Positions 206,110-220,368 of a stretch of 248,000 nucleotides of DNA are shown here, in pieces. The notes under the pieces are model-generated. The model ran no database searches, was not told where the DNA came from, and saw only the letters and a program-made list of their open reading frames with translations. The stretch's first letter is position 1; the number at the start of each line of letters is the position of its first letter. The translations under genes and the position numbers were made by a program. Source of the stretch: Wallemia ichthyophaga EXF-994 (taxonomy: Eukaryota; Fungi; Basidiomycota); NCBI RefSeq assembly GCF_000400465.1, contig NW_008806284.1, positions 20,001 through 268,000 on the forward strand. Reading direction: 5' to 3'.

Positions 206110-208480
206110 CTAATTCTTGTACTTTTTCTGCCTCTTTTCCTCTCTCTTCTCCTGGCGTGATCGATTGTCTAATTCTGGTTTATCATTCTTGTCCGCCTTA
206201 TCCACAATCTCCTCCTTTTCCTCATTGTCCTCTCTAGACTTACGCTTCTTCGCTACTGCTGGTCCTCTTCTATCCTCGTGCTGTTCACCACTCAATGGTC
206301 TATCAACAACTACACCATTAATCACTCGTGCTGCCTTCTTGACATTATTCACCTTGGTCAGCCCTGCATTTTTAACTTCCTCAGCCGTTTTCTCCCTCCA
206401 CTCCTCTATCCTTCTCCTAAACAGTGACAATCCAACCTTCCTAATCAGATACTTACCATACGCCGAGCCTGCTAAAAAGTCTTCGTGTTCGAGCAGTGAG
206501 TTGGCTATCTTCTCTCTAAAATATCCATCTGAAGTCTCGTATATCTTCTCTGCCACCCTGCTACCGACTCTCATATCCGCTAGCAGGTGATACGAACCGA
206601 GTAACTTTAGTCTCAATTTGTGTTTATATTTGAATGTAACAGCCTCTGAATCCATAATTCCATCAATTATACGCGAAGCTGGTGATGAACCACATATCTC
206701 TAGTATCCTTTCCATACTCAGATTTAAGAGGCTGTTCAGTATGGCTTCGTTGTGCGGTGTACCGAGATTGTACAGTGACAGAATTAGCTGTGCGCCTGCA
206801 CTTGTGAATCTGTCCGATTTCCCCTCCTTGTTTGACTGTTCCTTCTCTTCATCAGAGCTGCCTTCTTCGTCTTGATCGTTTTTCTCAAACATATCCTTGT
206901 GGAAGCGGCGGTATGACTGTTTAAAGTGAGCATGTCAGTACGGGCGCTTTTTTCAAACCACACCCACCTTCCATCTCTTCATCTCAAGCATGCACGGTAT
207001 GACATGCTGTGCTTGTGCTGTGCTCCGCGTGCTCAATCCGAAGCAATGCATGATGGCCTGTCAAGTGAGTTATGAATCGTGAGTCATGAGATCATGTGCG
207101 CTACTAAGCCAAAAATCCACTCACAGCCATGACATCCGCCTTAAATACATCCCGAAATACACCCACATCGCAATTCGCCATCAATGGCCCACTTCTATTA
207201 GTCTTGATTAATTTGCTTCCATTCTCGCGCAGTGCTGTTATAGCTCCCGCGAATTCTTTTTCAATGAATGTCCCGCTGAGACCGTTATCATTTCCCATCC
207301 TCTTGAGTGCCTTTGCATATACAAAATTACCGACGGGGTGCTTCATGCATCGCACTCCCCCCTTTCCAGTAAAGTAGAGTTGCCAAATAACCTCAAAAAC
207401 GGCAGAGCTTGAACATTCCATGGCAGTCTCGGTTGTGTGACTTGCAGTAGTGTCGAGTAGCGTAGTGGTTACGTGACTGCTAGCCTTAATTTGACTGATA
207501 TCTTCTGAATTCACCTGTCCTATCAAACCATCCATCCATGAATCCAAAAAGCTATCTGCGTTGTCGTTCTCTTTGTTTTTCTTCTCGTAGTGCAACAGCA
207601 GTTGAAGAATTGGTGCTCCATAATCACTCACCCCAAATGCCCTTATCTCAGCTGGAGAGGAGAAAGAGTCGAATAAAGCTTTGCGAAGCTTGTTAGAAAG
207701 CTCTTTAAAGTGTTTTGGTGGACGGTAGTACTCCTCCGGCTGCTGTTCATTCACGGCATCAAAGTTATCATGTCTGGATAGCCAATATTGTGACTTTTTC
207801 GAACGCTTCATCACGCTGTCGCTTACATCGCCAGATAACAAATGAAGTAAGTATCTGACGGGGTAGGTTGCGTGTGGATTGAGGATATGATCGCCGATCT
207901 TAGGTACTATCTCGTCCACCATCTCCACTATGAGCTTCGTTATAGTGCGTAATTCTCCCGCAGGTTCCTCGCTTTCATTGCTGGGAGGCTTTGCAATGTT
208001 TCCAGAGCTCTCTCTCATGATAGTACCTTTGGAGGACTCGAAGAAAGTCTCCAACACGTGACTGCCGAATCTGTTGCTGATGATGGTATTGATTTCGCCC
208101 ATCAAGGCATCCGCAAAGACCCTCTTCTCGAAATCACCCATGCGCTTGATCATGTGCTCCACCATAAGCGCGCATTCAGGATCAGTTGATAAGCAGAGTT
208201 CGTTTGAAGCCATTTCAGTGAGAGTAGCCTCCATCATCATTGCGTACTCGTCGTCGTCGGCCGTACTGCCATTGGTGAGTCTCTGGTCCATGTCTCTGAG
208301 ATAGCTCTTGAGATCTGGGTTCAAATCACCATAAGGAGTACTAGCTTGCTGGGAATCCAATAGCCAGTTGGGAGCTGCTTGATCTTCTTGCTGTGGGGCT
208401 GCCACGGGTTCCTGCACCGCCTGCTGCTCCTCTGTAGCCTTCTTGGAGATCTTCTTGCCTTAAAAACCCATCAGCTGGAT
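206110..208480 (-). CDS. NOP9: Pumilio-repeat nucleolar protein Nop9
   Basis: RFGSHVLETF, HPVGNFV, GSRVAEK..RE.IA..L. Confidence 0.88.
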
Positions 208481-208634
208481 CAACAAGCCACGGCGAATAC
208501 AAAACTCACCTCTCTTCCTTATCTGATCTTTAGGCCTGTGAATCTATTAGCTGCGTGTATACTCGCCCATCTCTCTCACATTAATGTTGGGCGTCGTTTC
208601 TCAACCAACAACGACGACGGTCTAATAAATTTAA

Positions 208635-209121
208635 ATGGCTGGATTGAAATCGATAATAGCACTATCACTCGTACTCGCACTGGGATTTCTACTGGTGATC
208701 CTGAGCTGTGCACTTTGGGGAAATTGGCTGCACTTGCTATCTGGTGGGTTTGTATGGGTGTGGGAGTTGTAGCAGCTTCTTACAAGCCACAGCTTTCCTA
208801 TTCGCGTTTGCGCCGTTCCCAAACTCAATCGCTACTCGAAACACGGAATCCACGATTACCTCCGGTGATGATTCAAATACGTAAGCGTATGACTGTGTTA
208901 TGATATTTAATAACAATCCACTCTCTAGTGCTATTCAAGACTTTTCCAGATTCTTTACCTCCATTATCCTCGTCACCGGCGCTGCAATACCTATCGTACT
209001 TGCCCACGCTGGCATACTCGCAATGACGTCGTCAATCATGTCTGTCACCGGTGGTACACTTATTTACACCACCATCGTTGCCTTTGGTAGCTCATTCCAC
209101 TCTGGTTCTGACGAGTTCTGA
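208635..209121 (+). CDS. VPS55: Vps55/OB-RGRP
   Basis: MAGLKSIIALS.VLA.GFLLVILSCALW..W; multi-exon. Confidence 0.85.
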
Positions 209122-209155
209122 GACATATATATCCCAATGTATCATATAATGCTTT

Positions 209156-210800
209156 TTACTCTTCAATTTGATAGGTACAGTAATCTTGAATGATACTCTC
209201 CAATTTTGAGCTCTTCTTTCCCTTAATCACTACGTTTAAATCGAATTGCTTATCTATCTCATCGTCCACCAGTACCTTTGTCTTGATCGGCCTTCTCGCT
209301 GTCTGTGGTACTGGCTTGGGCGTGTTTGGTGCACTTTGTTTCATTCTTTCTGTCGGTGCTGCTACCTTGTAGCTCACCTCATCGATGGACGCCAACCGTT
209401 GCAATAGTTGGTCTGCCTCCTGCTCATCTCTTCTCGCCTTGGCCAGTCGCAGCCGTTGCTCCAGTTCTGCTTTCTCAAGTACTGCGCTCTTCTTCGTAGT
209501 ACCGCCCATAACATCAGATTTCTTCTGGAGCTTGAAATTGATGTCATCCTGTAAACATTGTCAGCTAATATCCTTATTTCAACAAAACCTTTCTCACATC
209601 TGTCCAAAATCGCTTCCTAGTATCTTCAATCTGCCTTCTAACCTTATCGAGTGATTTCCGTGTTGGTAATTTCGCCCTCTCGTCTTTGGCGTGTGCAATG
209701 AATCTATCAAATTCCCTATCTGTACACCGCGAGTTAGATACTTTAGACATAGGGCATATCTTGCTTGTTTTGCCCTGCCTGAGGACAAGTTGCTGATTTG
209801 TCATCGTATTTCCTTCAATTGCGTAGGGTTTGACGAGGCTGTCACCAAGGCCTGTGAAAATTAGCATTCCTATACCCGTCAAAAGCACTCCACCCACCAA
209901 TAACCTCACAAAGTCGATAGTCTGGCTTTCCATCGGATTCTCCGAGCAGATATCTAACGAAAGTGCCTTTGATAAAGTCTTCGAAGAATGGCGCATAGCA
210001 GAATTCGACGAGGTTAGTACGATTGATCATCACCCTAAGCACATCAGCTTTCTCGAGTGGTTTGTCGTCTTCCATATCGTGCTTGCTAACCTCACCTTCT
210101 TCCGAATCGTCGGAAGAGTGTACTGAGCGCGCGCGACCGCCGTAATCCTCATCGTCGTCATCCTCCTGTGTCGTGTGAGCATTGCTAGTTTACAAAGATA
210201 CCACCGCGTACATTCCTCGATCTCTTCTTGGTCTTTGCTTCACGCTTACTCTTGAGCTCCTCAAGCTTGCTCTTTTTCTCGGTTGTAGCGCCTGTCTGGG
210301 TGTGGCTACGCTTCGCAGCTGAAGCCACGTTATCTTCACCACCCGCCTGGGCAGCAGAAAAGAGTCTGTTGATATTCAGCGAATCCTTGTACTTTTGCAT
210401 CTCCTCCTGTCGAGAAGCGAGGATATCCTCACGCTCGAGTTCATCGAGATCGAGAAGCCTGAATATGTAAGCGTGGTGGCCGTAACACTGCGATCCACCC
210501 ACTTTGCTCTATCCGCTGAGTTCTTATACTTGCCTTCTAGAGGATATGGATTCTCGCTGTCTGCGGGTTGATCGACTTCCATGAGCGTATCCTTGCCGGC
210601 GTTGTCCTCTTCGCCGCTATCGCTGAGCCTGGGTGCTTGTCAGCGTAACAACACTTGCAAACAGCCTCCTCGCGCACCCTTCCTCCTCCTGCTTCGATAG
210701 CTGCTCATCAGCGCCATCGTCATCCCCTACGAGACCCAACAAATCAGCGTCGAGATCGTTATCCACATCGGTCATATTTTTTATCTCAAGATGGTTCGGG
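209156..210800 (-). CDS. RTF1: Paf1 complex subunit Rtf1 (Plus3)
   Basis: YPLEGKYK, ELERE.ILA.RQEE, Plus3 PFFEDFIKG.FVR, S...F...EF.RF. Confidence 0.85.
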
Positions 210801-210867
210801 TTAATGACGCGACGTCGTACCCATCCCCATCTCGTTGATATAAACGTCGAGATAGAAAAATTGATGA

Positions 210868-212130
210868 AAACTGTTTCAACGGCTCCACTGGCTGGCTACA
210901 ACCTCGCTTATTCCCCTTTTCATAAATCTAGATTGGCTGTAGCATGCGCAGCCAATTACGGTGAGTGATAAGACGCACGCAATCGCCGGCAATTATAGCT
211001 TTATAGGCCTCGTTGGAAATGGCAGGCTTAGAGAGTATAGCTACGATCTACACGGCGATCTTTCTCCCCACTCATCGTGAGCCGTTTCTCTGGTATCGGA
211101 TACTTTTAATTGCCGAGACAGTTTCGACACTCAAGACGGTCTATTCGATTTGGCGTGGTCTGAACTCCATGAGAACCAGATCGTGACTGCAACTGGCGAT
211201 GGCAGCGTGCGGCTATTCGATACGCAGATTCCTGTGGGTGGTTCTATGTCCACTCAGCCGCACACACTCATCCACCGCGCAGAAATTCCCAATTAGGGCG
211301 TGGCATGAGCATTCTAGGGAGGTTTTCGGCGTCGACTGGTCACCAACAGACAAGACGCAGTTTGCGACGTACGTCATTGAGCTGATATCATCCATATCAC
211401 TCACAGCTAACGTCATTCCAGTGCTTCTTGGGACGGCACTGTTAAAATAGTGAGGAGACTCCACTCGCTCTCTCTTAGTTCACCACTCACTGCCACCAGT
211501 GGACACCCGATAACACCCACTCACTGCTCACACTTCCTGCGCACGATGGATGCGTCTACTCTGCCATATACAGCCCCCATCAGCCATACTGTCTAGCCAC
211601 CTGCGGATCAGACGGCAAGCTTCATGTATGGGATCTGAGAACACCTCAACGCCCAGCGACGTCACTGGCTGCCTCACCAACAGAGCTGCTATCGCTCGAT
211701 TGGAACAAGTATATCCAAGGCACGCTAGCCACTGGCAGCGTCGACAAGAGTATCAAAGTGTGGGATATACGGCAAGCGAAATGTCTCAATAACCTCCATG
211801 GACACGATTTCGCTATTAGGAGGGTGCAATTCTCGCCCCATGTACCCAATCTCATTGCCAGCGCATCTTATGACATGAGCGCAAGAGTGTAATTACCTGC
211901 CTCGCCGTTTGATCCACTCAATTAACGTGTTTTAGGTGGGACACTAGCGTTAACGCGTGCATTCATATCCATGATGCTCACACCGAGTTCGTCACAGGGG
212001 TCGCCTGGTCTCTATTTGATCCCTTGGTGCTGACTACTTGTGGATGGGACTACAAGGTGCACCTGCTCAGCCTCAAGGACCTGAATAGGCCGAACAACAT
212101 GAGGAACATCAGCAACAAGAGGTGATATAC
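210868..212130 (+). CDS. PEX7: PTS2 receptor Pex7
   Basis: YSPF..SRLAVA.AANYG.VGNG, DGLFDLAWSE, EHSREVF.VDW. Confidence 0.92.
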
Positions 212131-212182
212131 CAACTATACTATACAACTACTGTACAAATCATTTAAACGACCCAATTTGTAA

Positions 212183-212800
212183 CTACATGTGATGCCTCGA
212201 TGATATAATTCCCATCGTAGGCTTAGCGTCCTGTCCGACGACTTGAGCATTTCCGTCAAAGACAGGTTTCGCTGGGTAAAGAAGCAACGATCTGCTGCTC
212301 AGCGGCCTCGTCGCGTAGGCCAAGATGCCCTTTGCTATGTGATCCGTCGAACGCTTTGCCTGTGTGAGTGTGAGTGTTAGTGTGATTGTGAGTGTGAGGA
212401 TAACAATCCAATGACGTACGCTGTACCAATACATTAGCGGTATATCGGCATTATACGCCATCAACCATCTTTTCGCCTCTACAGGATTCATCTGATGCTG
212501 GAGATGCAAATCGCCTGTGCGCATGTCAGCGACGCGTACATACACCCCAACACACCACGCACTCTTCGACAAGACGACGTACACGAGATTCCTGGCAATC
212601 AAGTATTGCGGTATATTCTTCATTTGCGTCGTAAAGTCTTCCATATGCTCCAAGCAGCTCACAACTATCACGAATAACTTGTGGTGTGGATGCTCGAAGT
212701 AGTGCTGATTAGAAATTGGGTCGCTGAGTTGGCTGCATCTTGTGAGCTCTGATTTCACATCTGTCTCCCTCATCACCCTCACATTCTCAGCCTCTGCTTA
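212183..212800 (-). CDS. Hypothetical protein
   Basis: 199 aa ORF containing intron-like segments; family not recognised. Confidence 0.45.
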
Positions 212801-213124
212801 TCCCCCGCTAAATCTGCCACCCTCTTAGCAAGCTCTATCTTCCCAGAGAGTGATGATCCCGTTATCTGGATTACGCGTTAGATTTGATGGGCTGTGTTAA
212901 TATTTAATCACCATCAATTTGCAGTTCGGTAGCTGCTCCGCTTTTGTCACGTCCGCCATATCGTTGAGAGTAATTAACGCGTTAGCTTGCCTATAAGTTG
213001 CATACAAAAATTATACACGCTTGAACATCTATCTATTGCTCCCATAATACATTTATTAAATCCCTTCAATGTCTATATGCGCTGCGTAGACTTAACTCGA
213101 AACTATTAATAAACATTCCTAGTC

Positions 213125-215664
213125 CTAAATCTCACTCAGACTAGCTTTGATTGCCTCTTCTAGCTGCGCCTCGAAATTCTGATCCACGTTTTCGGCTACC
213201 TGTGAGTAGCTCGGAGGTTCGGGATTCTCTTCCTCTATCGCCTCTTCTTGAGGTGCGACTGGCGCATACTCACTCCTCTTGCCCTCCTTCTTGGTCAGGT
213301 TGTTCGTATCACTATCGCCTTCTAGATTTATAGCATCTTCAATGTGCTGCTTTGAGGATCCTTCGATTGGCTCATAGGGAAAGTCACCCTCATACTGCTT
213401 TTCGAGATCCTCGCTTTTCTTTATTTCATCCAATATCGCTTCCATTTCGCTTTCTTCTCGCATCTTCTTTTGATTCTCTTCCTCTTCTTGGCTGATCATC
213501 ATAATGTCTGTCGCGGGATTAGTGCGATGGAACGTAATGTGAGTAACTCACACTCTAAGGTCTCCGATTCATCTAGTCCTAAATTCTCCAAGCGGCCAAG
213601 AGTCTTCATCATATTCTGCTTTCTATCCGCTTCACTCTCGGAAACATCGTCGGTTTCGTCTTGCATCACAAGTGACTCTCTTATCTCATCCCGCACATCT
213701 GACGAGTCTGTCAATGGTTAGTCTTTTGGTGATACTCGAGAAGCAACAGCTACAGTCACGGCAATACTCACACTGATTCTTCTGCGCAACTCCCTTATTC
213801 GAGCCTCTCCATCCTTTACCTCTAGTTTTAAAATCTTTTATACCCCCAGCTTTCCATGCAATTACTTTGTTGCCGATAGCAGCGACGACAGCAAATTCAT
213901 CCGCTACTATTCCGCTGACAGCAAACGCGTTCTCGTCTTCCGTCGATGCCTCATTTGTGGCCAGATACCGAGAGAGATGACGAGTCGATGATGTTTGATT
214001 GAATGATCTTATGGCATCACCGGTGAGTGGATCGTGCGCAATGAGCACTCCATCTGCAGCACCAGTCAGTAGAAGTAGAGGCGTGAGAGAGATGGTGGTT
214101 ATCTTTGAGTGGTGTCCGCCAAATATTCTCAACGGCTCTATCACCTGATCCGACCTCGCATCCCAATCCCATACACACGTCCTTCCGCTAGAGTCACCAG
214201 CTACGACTGCCCTTCTATGTTTTAATATCTGATCTTTTGTGTTAAATGAGGAGCCAATGTTGAGTGCATCAGAGAAATTGTTGGTGGAAGACGCACTTCT
214301 ACTCAATATCGGAGTTGAAAGTGGCGAGCACTTGCTGAGATCGTTGTTCAAATAGAAAGATGTGAGTTCGGATATTGGACCAAGCCCAAAGATTCTCTTC
214401 TTTTTAGTCTCAATGTCATGCCTCTCGAAGAAGGTCTCTGGCTTGCGATATATCAGAACGCTCACGTCGTTAGGACCTTGAGTGTCTAGTAGAAGTTTTG
214501 AGATTGGTAAGTATTTAGTGAAGCTTCCAAGAGAAGTATAAGCTACACGGTGTTCTTCTATTGTGTCTCTGGGGTTTTCTTCACTGATACATGCCTCAAT
214601 TGGCATATTACTCCATACTCTGACTGTTCCACTCTCATATCCAGCAGCGATAGAACAACTCGTGCTATCGTAAGCTACTTGTGTTACTGAATCTACGTGC
214701 GCCAACTCCTCTCCTTTGGAGTTGAGTAGCTTTTTGACGTCTGAGCTCCATATACAACGCAGCTCAGGCTCATTCGACCACAACTTAACGACGCCATCCA
214801 TGCTGCCGCTGACGAAAGAGGGCGCAGCCCAAGCGCTCTTTGAGAGAGTCGTTGATGGATGAGAAAGACAAGTGACAGGTCCATAGTGAAAATCACGGCT
214901 AATGTTTTGATGTGTTGCTAATCCGCTGCCTCGCACACCCCACGCAGATGCAGCTCCAGAGCCGTGCTGCAAAGCACTTTTAGCGATCTGGGTGAAACCG
215001 ACAAAACCAGAAGCAAAGCCCCAAATGACTCTGCCATCACTGGACAGCTCTACAGTAGAGGCATCGTTGGGGGCCATTCCTGGTGCAAGAATGTAGCCTT
215101 TGGCTAGCTTACCACTGAAAGGCTCCGATCTACTCAAGCAGGCGTGCATGAGGGATACGGAGATGAGTCTTCGCGGGGTGAGTTCCGGGTTTGTAATGGT
215201 GGACAAATCGAGAGATATCTGGTGTATAGTAGCGACTCTGGGGTTGTGAGTGATAAGCGGGGCCTTCGATTTCTTCCAGCGACGGATGTAGATGGACCGC
215301 CTAACGAATTCCTCTTTCCATGAGCTGAATCTGCCCGAGATTCTCGAAGCGATGATAGAAGTGAACTTTGAGTTCTCCTCTGAAGGTTGTATGCCTAGAA
215401 AAGAGAAGGCAAAGGCACGGCGCCAAGCAGCGTCATCGGTAGCAGTGTGATGGAGGGACTTGTTCGTAAGAGAAACAGCGATAAGGGAGCCAGGATCGAG
215501 ATAGGTGAGGATATGGAGGACAAGATCGTGTGGGAGATGGAACAGGAGAGAAGGGAGATGTGTGTCGTCGTCCTCGTCGTCGGTGGCTGATTGGGGGATT
215601 AAGTCATAGCCAGACAGAGCCAGCCGAACTCACAATTAGAATGAGAATAGAGGTTATTTGACAT
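213125..215664 (-). CDS. F-box/WD40 protein with C-terminal UIM-like motifs
   Basis: F-box LFHLPHDLVLHILTYLD, WD repeats, LEEAIKASL. Confidence 0.8.
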
Positions 215665-215742
215665 TTAAATCAAATTAAATAATTATTTAAATTAAATCAA
215701 GATGATCGTTATCAACTAACACCCAAGTCGTCGGTGTGAGAT

Positions 215743-218700
215743 GGCAGCCCCTGCGCTCCAAAACTACCAGATTGGCGATTGCTTGGGGAAGGGGGCATTT
215801 GGCAGCGTCTACAGGGCTCTCAATTGGACCACTGGAGAAACGGTGGCTGTCAAGCAGATCCAGCTGAGTGACATTCCCCATTCCCAGTTGGGCGAGATTA
215901 TGGTGGGTATATAACGATTTCTTGGGTCAAGCTAACTCGGTAATAGTCGGAGATAGATCTCCTCAAGAATCTCCATGTGAGTTGTTGTCTACTGCGTACA
216001 CCACCACTCATCTCCCAAGCATCCACGCATAGTGCGCTATGGCGGTTTCGTAAAGACGAAAGATGCTCTGTTTGTTATCCTTGAGTGGGTTTTGTTGGTT
216101 TTGTTGGTTTTGGTGATGCAATCATCTAATCTGCTCCAGGTACTGCGAGAACGGTTCCCTGGCTTCGATCTGCAAGCGTTTCGGTAAATTCCCCGAGGCG
216201 CTGGTGGCCGTTTACATATCACAAGTCCTCGAAGGTCTCCAATACCTCCACGATCAGGGTGTATGTCATCGTGATATCAAGGCTGCCAATATCCTCGCAA
216301 TCAAGGACGGTAAAGTCAAACTCGCGGATTTCGGTGTAGCTACACAAGCACACCTAGCAGATAACTCTGTAGTTGGTAGCCCCTTCTGGATGGCTCCGGA
216401 GGTCATTGAACAGTCCGGAGCGAGCACTGCATCCGATATTTGGAGCGTAGGCTGTGTCGTGATTGAGCTGCTAGAGGGGCGCCCACCATACTCACATCTT
216501 CCTCAAATGAGCGCACTCTGGGCTATCGTTCAACACGACCAAATGCCAATCCCAGAGGGTTCCTCACCCGTTGTCAAAGATTTCCTCCTCCATTGTTTTC
216601 AAAAAGATCCTAATTTGCGTGTCTCAGCTAAGAAACTACTCAAGCATCCTTGGATCCGCCAAATTAACTCGCCAGACAAAAGTAATACCAAGTTTACCCA
216701 ACTTTATAGAAGAAATACCCCAACTGAGGACCACGAAACTTACGACAACGCCGTACAGAAGGTGCAAGAGTGGAATGAGGCTTTAAAATCCCCGCCTAAA
216801 AGCTCAAAGACTAAGTCGCTCTTCCCTGCTCGTGATAGCAAGTCTACTTTCTCTCCGCTACGAAGATCGTCTCTTAACAATGATAGTCCCAACCCCGCTA
216901 CGGTATCAAATCAACCGCCTGCGAAACCATTCACGGTTAGGAATGACAATAGAGAGAATGTCCTCAGTAAAACGCAGGAGGATGAGGAAGACAATTGGGA
217001 TGCAGACTTTGCTGGCACAATCTCCTTTTCGAAAGCACAGGATGCAATTTCAGGTGACACTGGCAAATCAGACGATAATACCCAAACTATAAAACCAAAC
217101 TCGAGGAAAGCCAGCGAGGATCACAGCATAACGTCACGTATACCTAATAAGATAATTGAAGATTACTCTGACCTCGGCGGAGATGAAGATGACATTGTAC
217201 TCAGCGAGAAGATATCAAGTTTGAGGTTGAAGGGTGGCCTCTTCCATCCAAAGGACCTAGGCAGGCTGAGAGAAGAGCCATCACCACCATTGCAATCGTC
217301 GTTTAACATACCACAGAAGAAGCCATCTCTACCAAAACGCCCCTCTCCTCCAACATCGCTGCGTTCTCACAGCAGATCACGCTCAAGTATATCCTCCTTG
217401 CCAGCGCCATCGACAGAGCAAACAAGGAAAACGAGCGATCTGGCAAAGTATTCTGAAGTTGACGACGAAGACTTTGACGATGTTTTTGGTAAAGCGCCGC
217501 CATCAGTGTCAGGTGAAAGTGGGCAAACGCTACAACTGACGACCAAGTTGTCTAATAAATCGTGGCTCGGTGACGACGTAGCCGATGATGAGGATCCATT
217601 TGCACAAATTGAGGATGACTTTGCCGAGAACGATATTGAGTCAAACTTGGTCAGAGATAGACATGCAAGGTTATGTGCTATGGTCGCTGAATTAGTCGAT
217701 CAATTAGAGGCTGGTAAGTCTGAAGAGAAGCTGAATGAAATGCTTGACGAGTTGTTGCACATACTCGAAGAGTTCCCGGATATGTATATGCAATTTGTTG
217801 CAGCCAGGGGCATGCTTTCATCACTCGAGGTTCTAGAAAGTAAACCCAGCAAAGATGTAATTTACAAGCTGCTGAGGATAATAAATCTCATTGTCTCGGT
217901 CGATCCTGGTCTTGTTGAGTCATTCTGCCTCGTCGGGGGTATAGCGGTGGTGATGACTTATGCGAGCAAACGTTATTCGCATGAACTTCGGCTGGAGGCT
218001 GCGTCGTTTGTAGGCCATGTTACCCACACGAGCGTCTTGACGCTGCAGATGTTTATAGCGTGTCGAGGGTTTAGAGTCCTTGTCGATCTGCTGGATGAGG
218101 AAGCGCAGGAGCTGGTATACGAGGCAGTCTCAGCAATCTCTAGTGTATTCGAATCACATTCCCTTACTACAAAAACGGACTTTTGTAGGATATTTGCTAA
218201 GGAAGGTCTTCTAGAGCCACTTTCTAGTGCTCTTACTACGGCACTTAGGGAGACATCTGATGAAGGTGCGCAAGTGAGGGACATCTCAAGCAAGATCTAC
218301 TTGCTGTTTGCGCAAGTGGGACAGAACGACAACGTGGTCTTGAATGCGTTGGGCACACGCAGCATTCTAAGACGCCTTCTAAAGGCGTGTGAGAGTTTAT
218401 GTGACAAGGACAAGATGTCATCCCTGCTGATCACGCTGTTAAAGACGTTCAAGCATATATCGACATCGGCGGGAATGTTGGATGTGCTGCAAAACAGCAA
218501 CGCAATTGAAGTATTTGTCAGAGTGCTCGACAAGCGTAAGGAGGGAGAGCGGAGTAGTGAAATTTCGTCGCAAGTGCTGCAGATATTCTACTCACTTACA
218601 CGACTTTCACCAAGCAGACAAGAAGAGGCGGCACAGGCGGGATTGATACCACTGTTGAAGAGAGTTTTTGAAGTTTCATCGCCGCTGAAGCAATTTGCAT

Positions 218701-219390
218701 TGCCAATACTATGTGACTTTGCGCATGCTGGGAAGAGCTGCCGAGCGCTGCTTTGGAAACACAACTGCTTGGATCTCTACATTCTACTATTGCAAGATGC
218801 ATACTTCCAAGTTTCGGCGTTGGAGGCAATACTCATCTGGCTGCAGAATGAGACTGATAGAGTGGAGGGTCAGTTGCTTCAGCCAAGACCACTGGAAAGT
218901 CTGTTGACTATGTTCGTACAAGCCAAGGCCAACTCGTTCGAAGCAAGTCTGGAACCGATACTGAAAATGTGCAGGATCAGCAGGGGATTGGTTCTGGGAG
219001 TTGCGAAAGCAAGCTTCTTTAGGAAGCTCATTGATAAGCTCTCGCACACGAAAGCGCTCGTCCGGCTAAACTTGCTCCGTATACTGAGGCTGGTGCTGGA
219101 GGTGCATCCCAACTGTAAGAGTATTGTAGAGGAATATAGATTGATAGAGGTAGGTGACGTAAATCTCGGTTACATTAACTCACAAAATTGCAGGTGATAA
219201 GCGAGCTTGGAGTGAAGGATAGTGCGATACTGGTTAGGGAGTTGAGTAAGGAAATATCGAATGAATTGAAGGCTGGAAAATACACAAGCCTGGCAAGGGA
219301 GCGAAGATCGACATCGGACAACGGCGTTCTGGGAGCGAGCCGCGCGTACAGGCCGCACAGGAGGATACCGTCACGAGGATTTTGAGACAT
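215743..219390 (+). CDS. Septation kinase SepH/Cdc7/Cdc15
   Basis: LGKGAFGSVY.ALNW.TGE, HRDIKAAN, GSPFWMAPE; armadillo-like C-terminus. Confidence 0.92.
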
Positions 219391-220368
219391 AGATGCATGA
219401 GCGGAGATACTAAAATTAATTGTGCGTTTAGGTGTGCATTTTGTGTGCAATTAGAGGTTAATGTGTGAATATAAAGAAAAATCTAATAATAAATTTGCAT
219501 TTCGTGCGTAGAAGGACAGAAGCCGAGATAAGGGCTAAGCTAAGACAAGGGGAAGGAGTGAAAGAATAGAGCTTGACAGACCAATAAACTACAGACACAG
219601 AAAGTAGGTAGACTAATAGCAATTTAACTATTATCAATAATTTGCGGGGTCTCGGCAACAAAATCGCTTACAAGTGAGGGGCAACAAGTGAGATACCGCA
219701 TTTGAAAGGAATAGCGGGTGAGTGTAAAAAGGGTGAAAGGAATTCAAGTGTTTAGCCCGCTAGAAGGCGGACTGTGCACGATGTAACACGTCGCATGATC
219801 CCCGCTGGTCGATCACACTGTACCAATTGCGGGGATGAGCCGCAAAAAGAAGTGACGATAGAGGATGGCGACAAGAATGTCAAGTAGAATCAGTGTGACA
219901 AGTGCTGCGCAAGGAATGTTGGGCGTAGATGAGATTTGTAGTGTGCCTGGCAAAAACTTCAGGGGCTTCTTGAGACCGGCAGAAGATCCGAGAGCGCCTA
220001 GAAATGAGGAGGAGGCGGGAGCAATTAAGTAAAGTAGTGGGATGGAAAACTAGAATGACACTGCAACTATTTTTAAGCACTTAAAAGTGATTACGTGCGT
220101 AAAGTCACCAATACGTCAGCCAATCAGGGGCCACGAAAAAGGGAGACAGAAGAAGAGCAATAGGCAATGTATATGAAAACAGACGCGTAAAATATTATTA
220201 AAATTAACATAATAAATCCGGTAAATTTTGATTTTTTTTTAAATCCCCAACAATTAAATTGCGGCGAGGAGAAATCTTTTTCTTCAACTTCCACATTGAA
220301 ATAAAAAGTCCAGCCACCCTTTCACTTTAAACACATTTAAAAGCTCAAGCAGGGCAATTAAAATAAAG